A stretch of 64,000 bases of DNA from Octopus vulgaris (lineage: Eukaryota): the NCBI GenBank assembly GCA_951406725.2, contig OX597818.1, forward strand, positions 72,664,001 to 72,728,000, written 5' to 3'. Below, piece by piece: positions 44,062-56,967 of the stretch; positions within the stretch are counted from its first letter, which is position 1, and every line of letters begins with the position of its first letter. The notes beneath the pieces were generated by a model. The model was not told the DNA's origin, made no database searches, and was given only the letters and a program-made list of their open reading frames with translations. Both the position numbers and the translations under genes were made by a program.

Positions 44062-44199
44062 TGTATATATTTATGTATATGTATGTATATACTTACGTAC
44101 ATACATATTTTTGTGTTTGTGTGTTTCTGTATGTATGTATATATGATGCAATAGAGCGCACGATGCAAATTGCATGTTTAAATACTTATGACTCAATAT

Positions 44200-45100
44200 T
44201 AGGTAGACGTGATTTTAGTGAAGCAGACAGCCAAAAGTCTGCGTTAAGTTCATAAGTTTCGCGCTCATTTTAACATTTTATAGTTCACTTATTCCGAGTT
44301 AGGTGTAATCCCACAATGTGGCATTTTCTCACTTATCTAAAAGCCTTCACACTATCTTCCTGTGAGACTCTAATATAATTTCTGACACTTAGCATCGCAG
44401 ACATAAGATTGTATCACAAATTCGGTTTGTGGATTTGTTCTTTTGCAATTTCTTTTGTCACACATTAATGTATATTTGAGACCATAATATGTCCCACCTT
44501 CAATATTATTCTTTATTTTAAACGCGACAGCTCTAAGGAATTCTTGCTTTCAAATAATGCACTGATTTTCCACCTTTCCCAGTAGACATAACACCCTATT
44601 AAAGCTAGCCATGGAATGATTCTATATTATTTCGCCCTGACTCAATGTTTGAAAGGGGAATACGACAGCCGTGATATGTCAGTTTAGAACGCATTTTAAT
44701 ACAAAAAAATTCATTTTTTTAAATATCAAAATAGATGAAATCACTCTCAACTAAGATTCCGCCTTGGGCGAACAGATTTTGTGATAGCAATATTTATTTG
44801 AACAATGGATGAATTGGATCTAATCACTGTATCTAAAACCTTTGCCAAACTATGAACAATAGGTACACAATACAATTAACATCGACTTTAACCTGCCTAT
44901 AATAATGAACTGAATTCCTCATATTATTTTCAATAATTCAGTGGAAAGCAACCCCGGCTTCAATTACAAAACCAGAAGATACATACCGACAAACATGAAT
45001 TCCCTCTGTTCATAACGTCTCAATAAAGAAATCTAATTGCTTCCTTTCTTTTAGAGAGGATAGCAATATTTATTTATTCTATTGAACAAATGATGACAAA
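44200..45100 (-). pseudogene. Possible highly decayed LINE RT remnant
   Basis: Weak remnants resembling KAFD and GCPLS motifs only. Confidence 0.3.
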
Positions 45101-45109
45101 CCTCGCTTA

Positions 45110-45150
<41 letters not shown>

Positions 45151-45154
<4 letters not shown>

Positions 45155-45320
45155 TATATAGAATAGTTATACAGGACTAGTACTGTTTCATGAAACAGTA
45201 CTAGTCCTGTATGGAAGCTCCTTCTATATAATAAATTAATTTTACTCTGCTATGTATTGAGTACCTTACTTACTGTGGTTAACCCCGAATCAACCCGGGA
45301 CCTACAAATGACTGAAACAA

Positions 45321-45323
<3 letters not shown>
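45151..45323. repeat. 44-bp perfect palindrome (3' half of a hammerhead) in a small (TA)n-flanked insertion
   Basis: ATACAGGACTAGTACTGTTTCA|TGAAACAGTACTAGTCCTGTAT at 45169-45212, outer inverted repeat TTATTATATAGAA/TTCTATATAATAA, ending with the SINE A tail. Confidence 0.8.
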
Positions 45324-45372
<49 letters not shown>

Positions 45373-46383
45373 TCAAATAGTATACGTGGATTGACGTATA
45401 TCCATAAGTATGTACAATGAGCGCTTAGATCGGTTTCCCACTAAAAATACGACTTGAGGTGTTGAAATTGCTTATTCAATGCGGCTAGAAGATAAGTGGC
45501 GACAAAAGTTTTGCTTCTCTGTCTTTAAGAAGTCACTGGACCAATAACAGCCAACACGCAAATCTGTAGCAAACGATATCACACTCCCTTAGAAAAGGAA
45601 AGTACACTGAATGTAATTCTACATACTATATATACAAAGCAGTGGAGTGTCTATGAATGGAACATATTTTATCAGAGATCTACCATACGTAGGGTTACAA
45701 AATGAAATCGTTTAATGTGAAACAAAGGAATTCTCTGTGTATTGGTTTTATCTGTTACTAACAACAACAGTCAACATCTGTCTAAATAATCCCCTTACGT
45801 CTTAGAACATTTCACAAATATTTTACTGAAGTGGATTCTGTAACAATTTACTTGAAATGTGAAAGAGAAGGCTGCCGGTATAACGCGAGCCTATACTTAT
45901 AAAATGCTACATAAGCCGTATGTATCAACATTGCTGAACATACACAATGATGCAATGCAGAATATATTGCATGTCTGAGAGTACCTAATCTTTCTAAATT
46001 CTATTTTGGTACATAGACATAGATAGGTAGTAGATATTCTGTGCCTTTATGTGTGTACGTTTAGTTTGATGTGTAGGTGTGTGTATAATTAGTTCAACTA
46101 TTCTATACGATAAATGTATGAAAATCTACATGTATCTCAATCTATATTTGTAATCCATTTCACACCGCCAGGACTCGCACCGTAACAAGCACCTGCACGT
46201 ACACCGTCACATACACGTGCACACATACATATTGATCCACACTCTACATACCGCATGCACATTAGAATATACATTCTATATGTAAGTATATGGCGTAGTG
46301 GTTAAGAGCGCAGGCTAAGGCGTAGTGGTTAAGAGCGTGGGCTAATAACCCCAAGATTCCGAGTTCGATTCCAGTCAGTGACT

Positions 46384-46421
<38 letters not shown>

Positions 46422-46425
<4 letters not shown>

Positions 46426-46509
46426 TGAACTTCCAACTTATTGTCTCTTGAGGTCCCTGGGTGAGACTTGGAGCCACCTTGTGCAAATGTAAAGCAAAAG
46501 TCAAACAAA

Positions 46510-46510
<1 letters not shown>
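46422..46510 (+). mobile_element. R4/Dong 3' UTR tip nested in (AAT)n
   Basis: AACATGAACTTCCAAC..CTCTTGAGG..CTGGGTGAGACTT..AAAGCAAAAGTCAAA matches 23941-24025. Confidence 0.85.
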
Positions 46511-46598
<88 letters not shown>

Positions 46599-46685
46599 TT
46601 AACAATAATAATAATAATAATAAAAACTTTAAAAATACAAAAAAAATACCTGAGGAATGAGAACCCAGGTTCAAAATTTCCTCAA

Positions 46686-46731
46686 GACATCTGATGAAGG
46701 CTGGAGGGTATATCAGCCGAAACGTTGTGTT
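46686..46731 (+). ncRNA. Minimal type I hammerhead ribozyme
   Basis: GACAT-CTGATGA-AGGCTG..CAGCC-GAAA-CG-TT/GTGTT; stem III is reduced to the ACGT palindrome. Confidence 0.8.
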
Positions 46732-46794
46732 AACAACAAACAAGATGAGGATAAATATCCGTCAAATCTAAATAATGTAAATAATGTGTCTATG

Positions 46795-46985
46795 TTTGTG
46801 TGTCAGTGTTTGTCACCCCCACATCGCTTGACAACCGATGCTGGTGTGCTTACGTTCCCGTAGCTAGCTTTTCGGCAAAAGTGAGCGATAAAATAAGTAC
46901 TAGGCTTACAAAGAATAAGTCCTGGGATCAACTTGACTGCATTACCGCAGTCAAATGACTGAAACAAATAAAAGAATAAAAGAAT
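46795..46985 (+). mobile_element. SINE family A 3' half
   Basis: GCTTGACAACCGATGCTGGTG..GCTTACAAAGAATAAGTCCTGGG..CAAATGACTGAAACAAATAAAAG. Confidence 0.8.
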
Positions 46986-48957
46986 AACAGAATAATATAG
47001 CATATAGCATGCCAATACCAGTTATTGATATCATTTAAACTGACCGATTGCAATATTTGCATGAAAATATGTTAGAACTGTTTAATATCGCCCACATTTT
47101 TCGTGTTGTAATTAAGAATTCTATTTCCATAGAAAATGTTTACTATAATGATTTTCTTTCATTTATTCGATTTTGACATTAATCGATAGACATTGAATAA
47201 TAAATAATGACACTTCAATCGTTAAACTTAGAAAATTCAGCTTTAAATACCAAGTGCCCGAAAGAAATTATTGATCGAACACTTCACTCCGTTATGATAT
47301 ACAACATAGACATTGTGTTAGTATATCGATAATTTACACAAGCTAGTATGTATAGAAAATTTATAAAAACAATAGTAGACTAAGATATCTCTAAAATACA
47401 CAGATTTCTACTAATCTATCTGAAATATTTATTTCACTGTTAAAATATGAAATGCGTTTCCTTTGCAAATTCTCGTAATTTTAAACGGACACGCGGACCA
47501 TAGTGTAAATATCTAGTGGGTACTCGATCTGTTAACACAGAAAGGATAAATCTGTCAAGTGATACCCAAGAATTCTATATACCGAGACTGCCGCTTGCTT
47601 TATTTCTCATAACTTGTGGGTTGATTCTCAGCTCTCCTGACTGTTTCTTATCTTGTACCATTCCTCTATTTCTAGTTATTTTACGCCCTTCCATCATGGG
47701 TTTAATCCTCATTGCCTTTGAAATGGACTTTAAACTCCATGACAAGGAAAGATTTTGTCACGACACGTCGTACCGTTATTTCAGTGTTTTCCTTCCTTAT
47801 TGAAATATAGCTGAGAACACGAGTTCATTCAAATACTCTAAACTTGGCATGCATCAATAGTAATATTCAAAACTTTCGGAAGAGCTTTCTCTTTGTTTAC
47901 GCTTTTTCATTGTCATGTCTGAACCTACTTTCAGTAAACAATTTGGCATTGCTTGGTGTTCCTTCTCGTTATGTTGTCACAGTTCCCTTGTCTCTCATTA
48001 TAAATAATTTTAATATAATGTATATATTTGAGCGTCACAATGAGTGAATAATGTGGTACAACTTCCTCCCATCTCCTAACAAATTCATCGTAATACTACT
48101 CCTAAATTTTCTCTTCCTCTTCTCCTCCTGACAATTTTACCTCTAATATTCTTCCCTTTTATTTTCTTTGATTCTATTTATTGACGGGCACAATATATTT
48201 ATCTATCTATTTACTATTGACATAGTAAATGACTCCATCCTTATATTCACGAAGACCTTTACCTAGTCAGCTTCAATCTAACCAAAATGTGTTTTCTCTA
48301 CTTTTATCCCTCTCCTTTCTTTATTCTTATTTTTTTCTTAACAACATTAGACATATGCCCGCTCCCAAGTTTCTTCATGCATGTTCTTCTTCGATCAAAC
48401 CTCGTCAAGGTCAATTTGGGATCCCTTGACGAGAAAGTGACCTTCATTTAACTAAGGTATCTTCGGCTTGATGAATATCTAGTGGAGTACCCCTCCTTCA
48501 GTAATTATATCTTTCAAAGTTCTGCCAGCTAGGAAACATATGTAACCCGGATTTTACCTCCACCAGTCCTTCAATTTGGGGACACACACACATACATACA
48601 CACACATACATTTACACATATATGAATATACATATATACGCATAGACACACACACACACACACACATATATATGTGTGTGGATATCATTCTTTTATGCAT
48701 TCAACCCAAGTATGTGCCCATAATGCTGGGAAACAACAATTATGTTCCCCTTTGAATTTCTTGTCGTAACGTAGGTTTATCTGTGAACTTGGACAGTAGA
48801 ACGTCAAGTTGTTTCTTGAAAAATATATATCTCCATTCAATGTAGATCTCTCAGTCTGTTTGGCAAAATAATAAATAGTTGTGGGCCCTTGAATCCTAAG
48901 CTATTGCAGATATCGTCCTCACTCAAGAATGGATGGGTAGGACCTGTGTAAATACAG

Positions 48958-48995
<38 letters not shown>

Positions 48996-49056
48996 TATCG
49001 GAAATATTAAATTTCTAAATATCTCATAGAGATATGTACAGTGGGGGGGGGGGCGA

Positions 49057-49282
49057 AGAGTAGCAGAAGCCTGCTAGCTGCAGATATCTGTCTCGACTTG
49101 GTGATCAGTGAATAAACTTCACTGATAATTATATATATATATTTACGAAGTCGAGACAGATATCTGCAGCTAGCAGGCTTCTGCTACTCTAGACCGATGA
49201 TGGGCAAAGACCCTGAAACATGCGTGTCTCTAGATGCAGGCCTAGCTGTTGGGGGTATTTGTCTCCCCTTCGTAAATATATA
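49057..49282. mobile_element. Inverted insertion of a circularly permuted hammerhead element of about 171 nt
   Basis: Inverted repeats 49057-49099/49148-49190 and 49136-49150/49268-49282. Confidence 0.8.
49188..49234 (+). ncRNA. Type I hammerhead ribozyme (CCGA core variant)
   Basis: TCTAGA-CCGATGA-TGGG..CCCT-GAAA-CATGCGTG-TC/TCTAGA, GUC site. Confidence 0.75.
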
Positions 49283-49387
49283 AGGACACAGGAAATGTGT
49301 CGAAGACACAGGAAGCGTCGATGCTTCCTAGGGCTAAACAGCGGTGAGGTAATCCCCTACTGTCACGTTAAAATGACAGTATACAAC

Positions 49388-49428
<41 letters not shown>

Positions 49429-49429
<1 letters not shown>

Positions 49430-50714
49430 GAGGGGCGTTCAATAAGTAATGCCCCTGACCCACTTCCCATACCAGTAGAGCAATGGACTTGGCACAGTTA
49501 TTAGTCTTTTTCTACATAGGAACCACTCAGAGTTAGGCATTTCACCCATCGTTTGATCCAGCTCTGGAGACCGTTTTTGTAAAAGACTCCAGCTTGGTCC
49601 TCCATCCACGACGTGACTTTAGAAATCAAGGCTGCATCATCTGGGAAATGCTTTCCTTTCAAAAACAACTTCATGGCTGGGAAGAGGTGAAAATCAGAGG
49701 GTGCAATGTCAGGAGAGTAGGGGGATGGAGGAGGAGTTCATAGCCGCACGCCTGTGCTTCTGATCTGGCGACACGCGAGTTGTGAACCGGAGCGTTGTCC
49801 TGCAGGAGGAGGATACCTTCGCTGATCTTGCCCCGCCTTTTGATTTTGATAGCTTCTCTTAATTTCCTCAAAAGTGAAGCATAATAGGCACCTGTAATTG
49901 TGGTACCCTTTGCCAGGAAATCTGTCATCACTACTCCGTCCTGGTCCCAGAAGACTGTGAGCATGACCTTGCCAGCAGAGGGCTGCACCCTTGTCTTCTT
50001 TGGAGGAGGTGAGTCACGGTGCTTCCACTGCATTGACTGGGCTTTGGTCTCTGGATCATAGTGATGAACCCAGGTTTCATCCTGTGTAATCAGTCTTTTG
50101 AAAAAGTTTGACTCATCTTGGTACGTCTCGAAATTCATCCTCGAGCATTCGACGCGTTCTTGCTTCTGGAAAAGTGTGAGCAGCCTAGGAATCCATCTGA
50201 CAGACACCTTTTGGATATGCAAATGGTCATGAATGATAGTTTCCACTGACCCGGTACTAATCTTGACCTCATGGGCTATTTGGCGAATAGTTATGCGTCG
50301 ATCTTCCAAAATGGCAGCCTCAACTTGACGGACAGATGCCTCATCAATGGCAGAAGTGGGGCGACCAGATCTGGGAGCTGTTTCCACAGAGTTCCGACCA
50401 TGTTTGAATTCAAGATGCCAGCGTTTTACAAGGTCATATGATGGGGCATCATCACCATAAGTTACTTTCATTTCATCAAAGTCTCCCGTGGTGTGCGTCC
50501 TTTCAAATACAAAAACCGGATCACTGCTCGACACTCAACAGGCTCCATTTCACACTTGATTCAGTTCAAACACCTGTAGATCAGAAACCATAAGCAGTTG
50601 AGAGCTGTAATTTGCCACCTAATCTATAAAGATATAAGTAATTGCACATGCAAAATTTCAACTAGATCAAACACCTGGAAGTGGGTCAGAGGCATTACTT
50701 ATTGAACGTCCCAC

Positions 50715-50715
<1 letters not shown>
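49429..50715 (-). mobile_element. Full-length mariner transposon (1287 bp), irritans-like
   Basis: TIRs of about 39 bp (CGAGGGGCGTTCAATAAGTAATGCCCCTGACCCACTTCC, 3 mismatches), TA target inside (TA)n, transposase on the minus strand. Confidence 0.95.
49501..50548 (-). pseudogene. Mariner DD34D transposase (about 349 aa) with two single-base frameshifts
   Basis: MEPVECRAVIRFL.., WIPRLL, ITQDETWV, QDNAPVH and YSPDIAPSD, with 34 residues between the second and third Asp after correction. Confidence 0.92.
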
Positions 50716-50766
<51 letters not shown>

Positions 50767-51420
50767 TTAACATGAAAACACAAAGAGAAAACACAGAAAA
50801 AGGAAAGGTCAAAGGAAGGGAAGACGGTGAAAGACAATCGCAAACGATATACATACGGTCACATATTGAAATTACCGGAAGGGAATGGGTGAAGAAAAAG
50901 TTCTTTCAAAGACAGGAGATTGCAAGGGAAGGAGGTATGTGTGTGTATGTGTGTGCGCGCATGTCTAGGTGTGTGTGTAATGATAGCACGTGTGTGTATC
51001 TGTGTGTGTGCGTGTGTGTATATGTGTGTGTGCGTGTGTCGTTGTGGCCTTTTATCTATGTGTGTGGTTGGGCTTAGTATCGTTTAAGGTCATAGGAAGA
51101 ATTTATAGTAAAAATTTTGGTAGGAGTGGCTGCCTGTTGTGTCTATCAACACATGTGCGTAGGTGAATGGTCAGTAGAAGGTACTGGTAGTTTTATGTGT
51201 ATGTGCGTGTATGTATATGTAGTGTGTGTTTGTATTTTGTTTGCAGTGTGTGTGTGTATATATATGTATGTGTGTATTCGTGTGTGTGTGCGTGTGTGCT
51301 TGTATGTACGTATGTGTGTACATGTATGTATAATTGTGTGCGTGTGTATTTTGTGTGTGTGCATGTGCATGTATATATATAGATATGTGTGTGTGTGTAT
51401 GTATATATGTATATATACGT

Positions 51421-51875
51421 GCAGGCGTGGCAGTGTGGTAAGAAACTTGTTTCACATCCACATGTTTCCTAGTTCAGTTTCACCGCATGACACCTTGAGA
51501 AGGCGTCTTCCCCTATAGCCTCGGACACACCATAGCCTTGTGACTTGATTAGGTAGATGGAAATTGAAAAAAAACCCTCTCTCTCTCCCCTCTCTCTCAC
51601 TCTCTCTCACTCTCTCTTTATATATATATATATATATATATACATATATGTATATGCGTGTATGTCTTTGCGTCAGTGTTTGTCACCCCGTTGCATGGCC
51701 ACCGGTGTTGGGGCCCTTACGTCCCCATAACTTAGCCGTTCGGCAATATAGCCGATGAAATATGTTGCAGATTGAAAATATTTAAGATAAGTACTTAGTT
51801 CGATTAATTCAACAGACGTTCTTCAAGCCAATGCCCCAACATGGCCTCTCTCTGATGACCGAAAGAAGTAATAGC
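51421..51875 (+). mobile_element. Degraded SINE family A copy
   Basis: GTGGCAGTGTGGTAAG..CCACATGTTTCCTAGTTCAG..CTATAGCCTCGG..internal microsatellite..TTACGTCCCC. Confidence 0.65.
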
Positions 51876-52139
51876 TAAAAGACAAACCATAAAAGATAAA
51901 ATATATTTTTTCTTTGATAGCTTCCGCTCGATACCTGCGGCTATACTGGAGCATCACCGTTAAAAACAGGTAATGAGTGTACATGTATATTTAAAGAACT
52001 ATTGCCCTTTTATCAGCGCCACATCCATCCCATACATACATACATACATACATACATACATACATACATACATACATACATACATACATACATACATACA
52101 TACATACATACATACATGCATACATACATCATATTGAAC

Positions 52140-52305
52140 CGTTAATACCTACTTTTTTCCTCTCTCCGTTATTTTTTCTCTTCATATTTTCTGTCGAAGA
52201 GCCTGGAGCCACAAAGACTTTTCCATTCTTTCCGAGCGTTAAACTAATATACCTGCTTGTTGCTCCGTCACTTCTCTTTGTCGTTTGTTTTCTGTAAATT
52301 TGAAC
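52140..52305 (+). mobile_element. Short dispersed element, homolog of 11545-11695
   Basis: Shares TTCTGTCGAAGAGC..CAAAGACTTTTCCATTCTT..AGCGT.AAACTAATA. Confidence 0.65.
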
Positions 52306-52529
52306 TATACATACATTCATCCATCCATCCATCCATCCATCCATCCATCCATCCATCCATCCATACATACATACATACATACATACATACATACATACAT
52401 ACATACATACATACATACATTACACATCTGTAACTATGGTATCATTTGATATCATAGTTTTATCATTATAGCTATGCCCAAATGAATATTCACTCGGATT
52501 TGTATGATTGTGAATGTTTGCTGGATGAG

Positions 52530-53160
52530 CCAACATGCAGTTTATTTTGGATAAAGATTTTCCAAAATTATACGTCGAAATGTAGAGAGATTTATGGAAA
52601 TTATTTTGGCACATTGTAATGGTAATGCTGAGAACAAATCATCCCGGAAGTGTTGGAATCGTATATGAGCCACATTATAAAATCTCGATAGATGGAAGTA
52701 AGATACACCCCCGATTCTGGAATATAGTAGGTGTTTGAAATAACGTTTAAATGTAACTAACCTTGAGGAACCCTCCACTAAGTCTTCTATCATTGTAAGT
52801 CTTGCACAAGTTAGTGGAACTTTGAGTAGGGTATGATAAAGCAGAAGGAATTATTTATTAGCAAGATTATTTTCTTATGTTGACAATGTTAGAAGGAATA
52901 TATAGTAGAGTGATTAAATGGATTTTCTGAATGAATAAAGCTGCAAGTGTTCAGGCTATAAAATTTCACTTCATGTTGAAGTGAAATTTCATAAAAGTTT
53001 CGCTCTTACTTAAGATCTTAGTTTCCTGACTGCTTTCTCTTGGGAAAATAGGCTATTTCCTCTCAACAGTCATTTGAGGCTATCTAGAACTGTAGGAGGC
53101 AAACGCTATAGCTTATACAGACCTGTTATGCCAAATGCTTTGATTCCATATTTAAGTTGA
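52530..53160 (-). pseudogene. Possible decayed L1/Tx1-like ORF2 remnant
   Basis: LLYSRIGGVSYFHLSRFYNVAH resembles the post-RT GGLxLP..Y motif; weak. Confidence 0.3.
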
Positions 53161-53457
53161 AAGTATTATTCGAAAATATTTAAATATAAAGATCATAAAA
53201 TAAAATGAATTTCTTAGTGCGTAGAATAAAATTAATCCTAGAAATGGTAATGTATGTGGATTTATTGGAGAAATTGAGTGAATCTACGAACACCGGATCC
53301 GAAATGCAGGGATTAATAAATTAATATTACAATACATTTATGGCCAGGCAGACATTGAAAACAAGTGATTACTGAATTCGAAATATTCCTCAGGGACAAA
53401 TTACAATCTACATTAATAGAGGTTACCGAGAAGGTATATAGTAATCATCCACCCTTT

Positions 53458-53530
<73 letters not shown>

Positions 53531-53559
53531 TAGATATAATACATCTATTTGTCTGTCTG

Positions 53560-53708
<149 letters not shown>

Positions 53709-53762
53709 CGTGTGTGTGTATCTATGTATGTATGCATACACATACACGCATATATGTATGTA

Positions 53763-54624
53763 CGAGGTCTGTCTAATAAATATCCGGACTGTTGCCATAG
53801 TAACGAAGCTGAAGCACGCAGAATAAAGTTGCTTGGCACAGATTGACCCTGAATACTGCTGTGCATGCGCACTAAGATTCAACGTTCTAGCTCACTTTCA
53901 CAGTTTACAGTAGTGTTTGGAGTGAAGATGTGTAGCCTGTGATTGTCACATTGACTATGATATAGAAAGTTGAGTAGATAATCTACATCAAATTTTTCAA
54001 AAATGCAAGGCAATACCTGCTTAGAGGCCTACACTAAGTTTTCAAAAAAGTTTCCACAGTTCTTGACACAATCTTCTTGGTCAGCTGAAAGCCTTTTTGG
54101 CACAAGCTTGCCAGACACGTGTCTCATACCCTAAGCTACTGTGATAATGGACTGAACAGAACCGTATCTAATCTGCACATCCTCTGCTAACACACGGATG
54201 GTGATTCGACGATTTCCCCTCACAGCTGAACGCAGATCTGCAATGTTTTTCTCAGTTCTGCTGGTTGCGGACCTCCCAGAACGTTCGTCACTATCGACAT
54301 TTTTTAGCCATCTTGGAAACGTCTGAACCATTCATACACTTGTGTGCGGCTCATACGCTCGTCTCCATACACTTTCTGCAACTTTACGTAGGCTTCTGAG
54401 CAGGTATCGATATGACAACTTTCTCTGTCTTTGTCAAAGCAACGATCACACGCTACACACGTTCCTTCCAAGCACTGCTGTAAACAGAGGAAGTGAGGCA
54501 GAACGTTAAATCTTAGTGTGCATGCACATCAGATTCAAGATCAATCCTTCCCGAACAGCTTTACTCTGCATACTTTTGCTTCGTTAGAATGGCAACAATC
54601 CGGATACTTATTGATTATACCTTG
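53763..54624. mobile_element. Non-autonomous mariner derivative made of two inward-facing 5' ends
   Basis: TA-CGAGGTCTGTCTAATAAATATCCGGA..TCCGGATACTTATTGATTATACCTTG-TA. Inverted similarity extends about 280 bp into the transposase start. Minus strand reads WFRRFQDG..SDERSGR..NRRITIR. Confidence 0.8.
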
Positions 54625-56014
54625 TACTTAATAACAGTGTGATTGGCCTGGTACAAATTATTTAAAGCTTTATGTATGCATAGGGCACGTGCATTTCATC
54701 TGATATCAGATGTTGCACACACATATACATTTCATTTGTATTAATACAAAAATATTTTTGTTTATGTTAATTTTAATTTGAAACATGTTGGGATTTGTTT
54801 AGTCCTGTGATCTTTGTCATTTGGAAAATATCTTCAATAGGTTGTAATAGATTGTTAGCAGGGGTCATTTCGGACTCTTATGTGAAGGACTTTTGTTTGA
54901 TACCTTCTGAATTTCTAATTAAGTTTGGTGTCGGTGTTGAATACAAGACCCTTATATTTGAGACAGTTAAAGACCTGATCCCTTTTCTGTATGAACGAAG
55001 AAATGGAAATATATTTATTAGAATGATCAACAGGGTTCTTCATAATTCAGCTTATACGAGTTATTATCACTCCTGGAGAGTGTTTATTCCAAATCACTTT
55101 CCATGAAAGTAGGATAAGATAAACTTACCTAGAAGTCGTAATTCACGCGTAACTACAGTTATGAGATCTCAATACCTAGATTAATAAGGATATCTCTTTA
55201 GAAATGCATTCCTTCTTAATCGTTATTCATACCTGTTATTTACTTGTATGCATAAACGGTTTCAAACACAATATTTGAGTTTGTTTTTTAGAAATACTAA
55301 TTTACAATTGTTAATGAGAGAAAAAATCATTTTCATCTTTCTCATGCAGCAGCTATGATCATCCAAACTCATGATTAAACTACTAATTTTCCATATGTCA
55401 ACATTTTACGAACAACTAAAACTCTAGAGTTCCTTTAATATGCTACACACAATACATTTGTTTGCATTTATCATGAAGATTTCAAATCAAAGAGATGTAC
55501 ATTATTAATGAAGCACATTTCTACATCTAACCAATATCTTCCGGAATTGACAGTTATAATTTTCTCAAATCCATGAGATATACGACATTTCCTGTCTATG
55601 AAACGAGCAAAAAAGCCCCAGATTGCTTGATAACTAAATATACATTATACACCGAAAACGAAAACAATGAGATTTCAGGATTTTTTTTACTGGTTTCCAT
55701 AATTAGCATGCTCGCAAATTATATATACGAAAAAAACAAAAAAGAAAAAACAATAACAAAGCAAAGCTGGAGAGGTGTTAAATAAGATTTTTGTGGCAGT
55801 TTCTTACAGGAGCTTCAGTAATGTTTACAGTGGGACTATACAATCTAGGAGAAGTAAGAATTGCAAGACTTCATTTCATGCGGGATTCTCAAAATATTGA
55901 CTGAAACATCGGTACGATAACATTATTCAATAATCTATTGATCAGTTCTCCAATTTTATTATGCCTAGCTCGCCAGGTAGCTACCTACATAAATAAATAG
56001 ATGCATTAATACAC

Positions 56015-56057
<43 letters not shown>

Positions 56058-56084
56058 TACACATATAGTAAATCCCCCCCACCA

Positions 56085-56262
56085 CAAAAGAATAAACAAC
56101 ACGAGTACTGGGTACATGCAAGATATTAGCAGACGCTCAAGAAACGAAAGAAATTGGTTTTACGTTTCAAACAAAGGTCTTCGTCAGAAGCAGGAGACGG
56201 AGGAAAATCCAAGAGAAAAGGCAGACGGAGGAAAATAATCGACAACGATCCACATGTGGTTA
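56085..56262 (-). mobile_element. Short dispersed element with hammerhead core
   Basis: Minus strand CTT-CTGACGA-AGAC..GTTT-GAAACGTA-AAACC at about 56156-56191; similar to 35715-35920. Confidence 0.6.
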
Positions 56263-56297
56263 CATTTTGTGTGTATGTATGTATGTATGTATGTATG

Positions 56298-56328
<31 letters not shown>

Positions 56329-56932
56329 GTATATATGTATGTATGTATGCATGTATGTATATATGTATGCATGTATATGGAAGCAATAATGCGGATAGAC
56401 AAATTAGATACATTGAATATATTAAACATGGAAGTCTGGGTATGAATACAAAATACGTATATATGTATACAAAACGAGTGAAAGCAAAAGGTGGCGAATT
56501 TCAGCTGATGAATTTTGGAGTATAATATGTAGATACATATATTAATAGGTCCAACTTACATAGTACAAACAAGTACGAAAATTAATGGGGTGGAAGAAAT
56601 GTGTTATAAGTCCAACGGCTGTTTCTGGTGGCTCGGAGATCCATAATAATGTTGGTAGATCACAAGTTCATCACAATATGCGGCTGTAATGGATGCACAT
56701 AACATTAAATAAGACGAACCTCTGTCATGAGGGAACAGAAGATTTTACATTTCAGATAGTCATACACGTAGACACACACGCATACGCACACATACATACA
56801 CACACATATATACACAAACGTACAATATATATGTATGTATATATATATATATTTATATGCATATATATATATATATATTTGTATTTGAATATAAATGTAT
56901 ATATATTTTTTCATAGATATACATGCATATAT

Positions 56933-56967
<35 letters not shown>

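Larger units (their letters stand above)
46290..46786 (+). mobile_element. Penelope terminal module: tRNA-like head, (AAT)n, hammerhead
   Basis: TGGCGTAGTGGTTAAGAGC (A box, duplicated) and GAGTTCGATTCC (B box); homologous to 8382-8548 on the minus strand. Confidence 0.8.

Noticed and set aside
46291-46382. Possible tRNA gene (also 8478-8546, 2312-2385 and the SINE heads)
   Set aside because: No complete cloverleaf or acceptor stem, and each is embedded in a repeat.
56494-56520. CTGATGA motif; also the truncated CTGACGAAGGCC at 36272
   Set aside because: No matching stem II and GAAA, so not counted as ribozymes.
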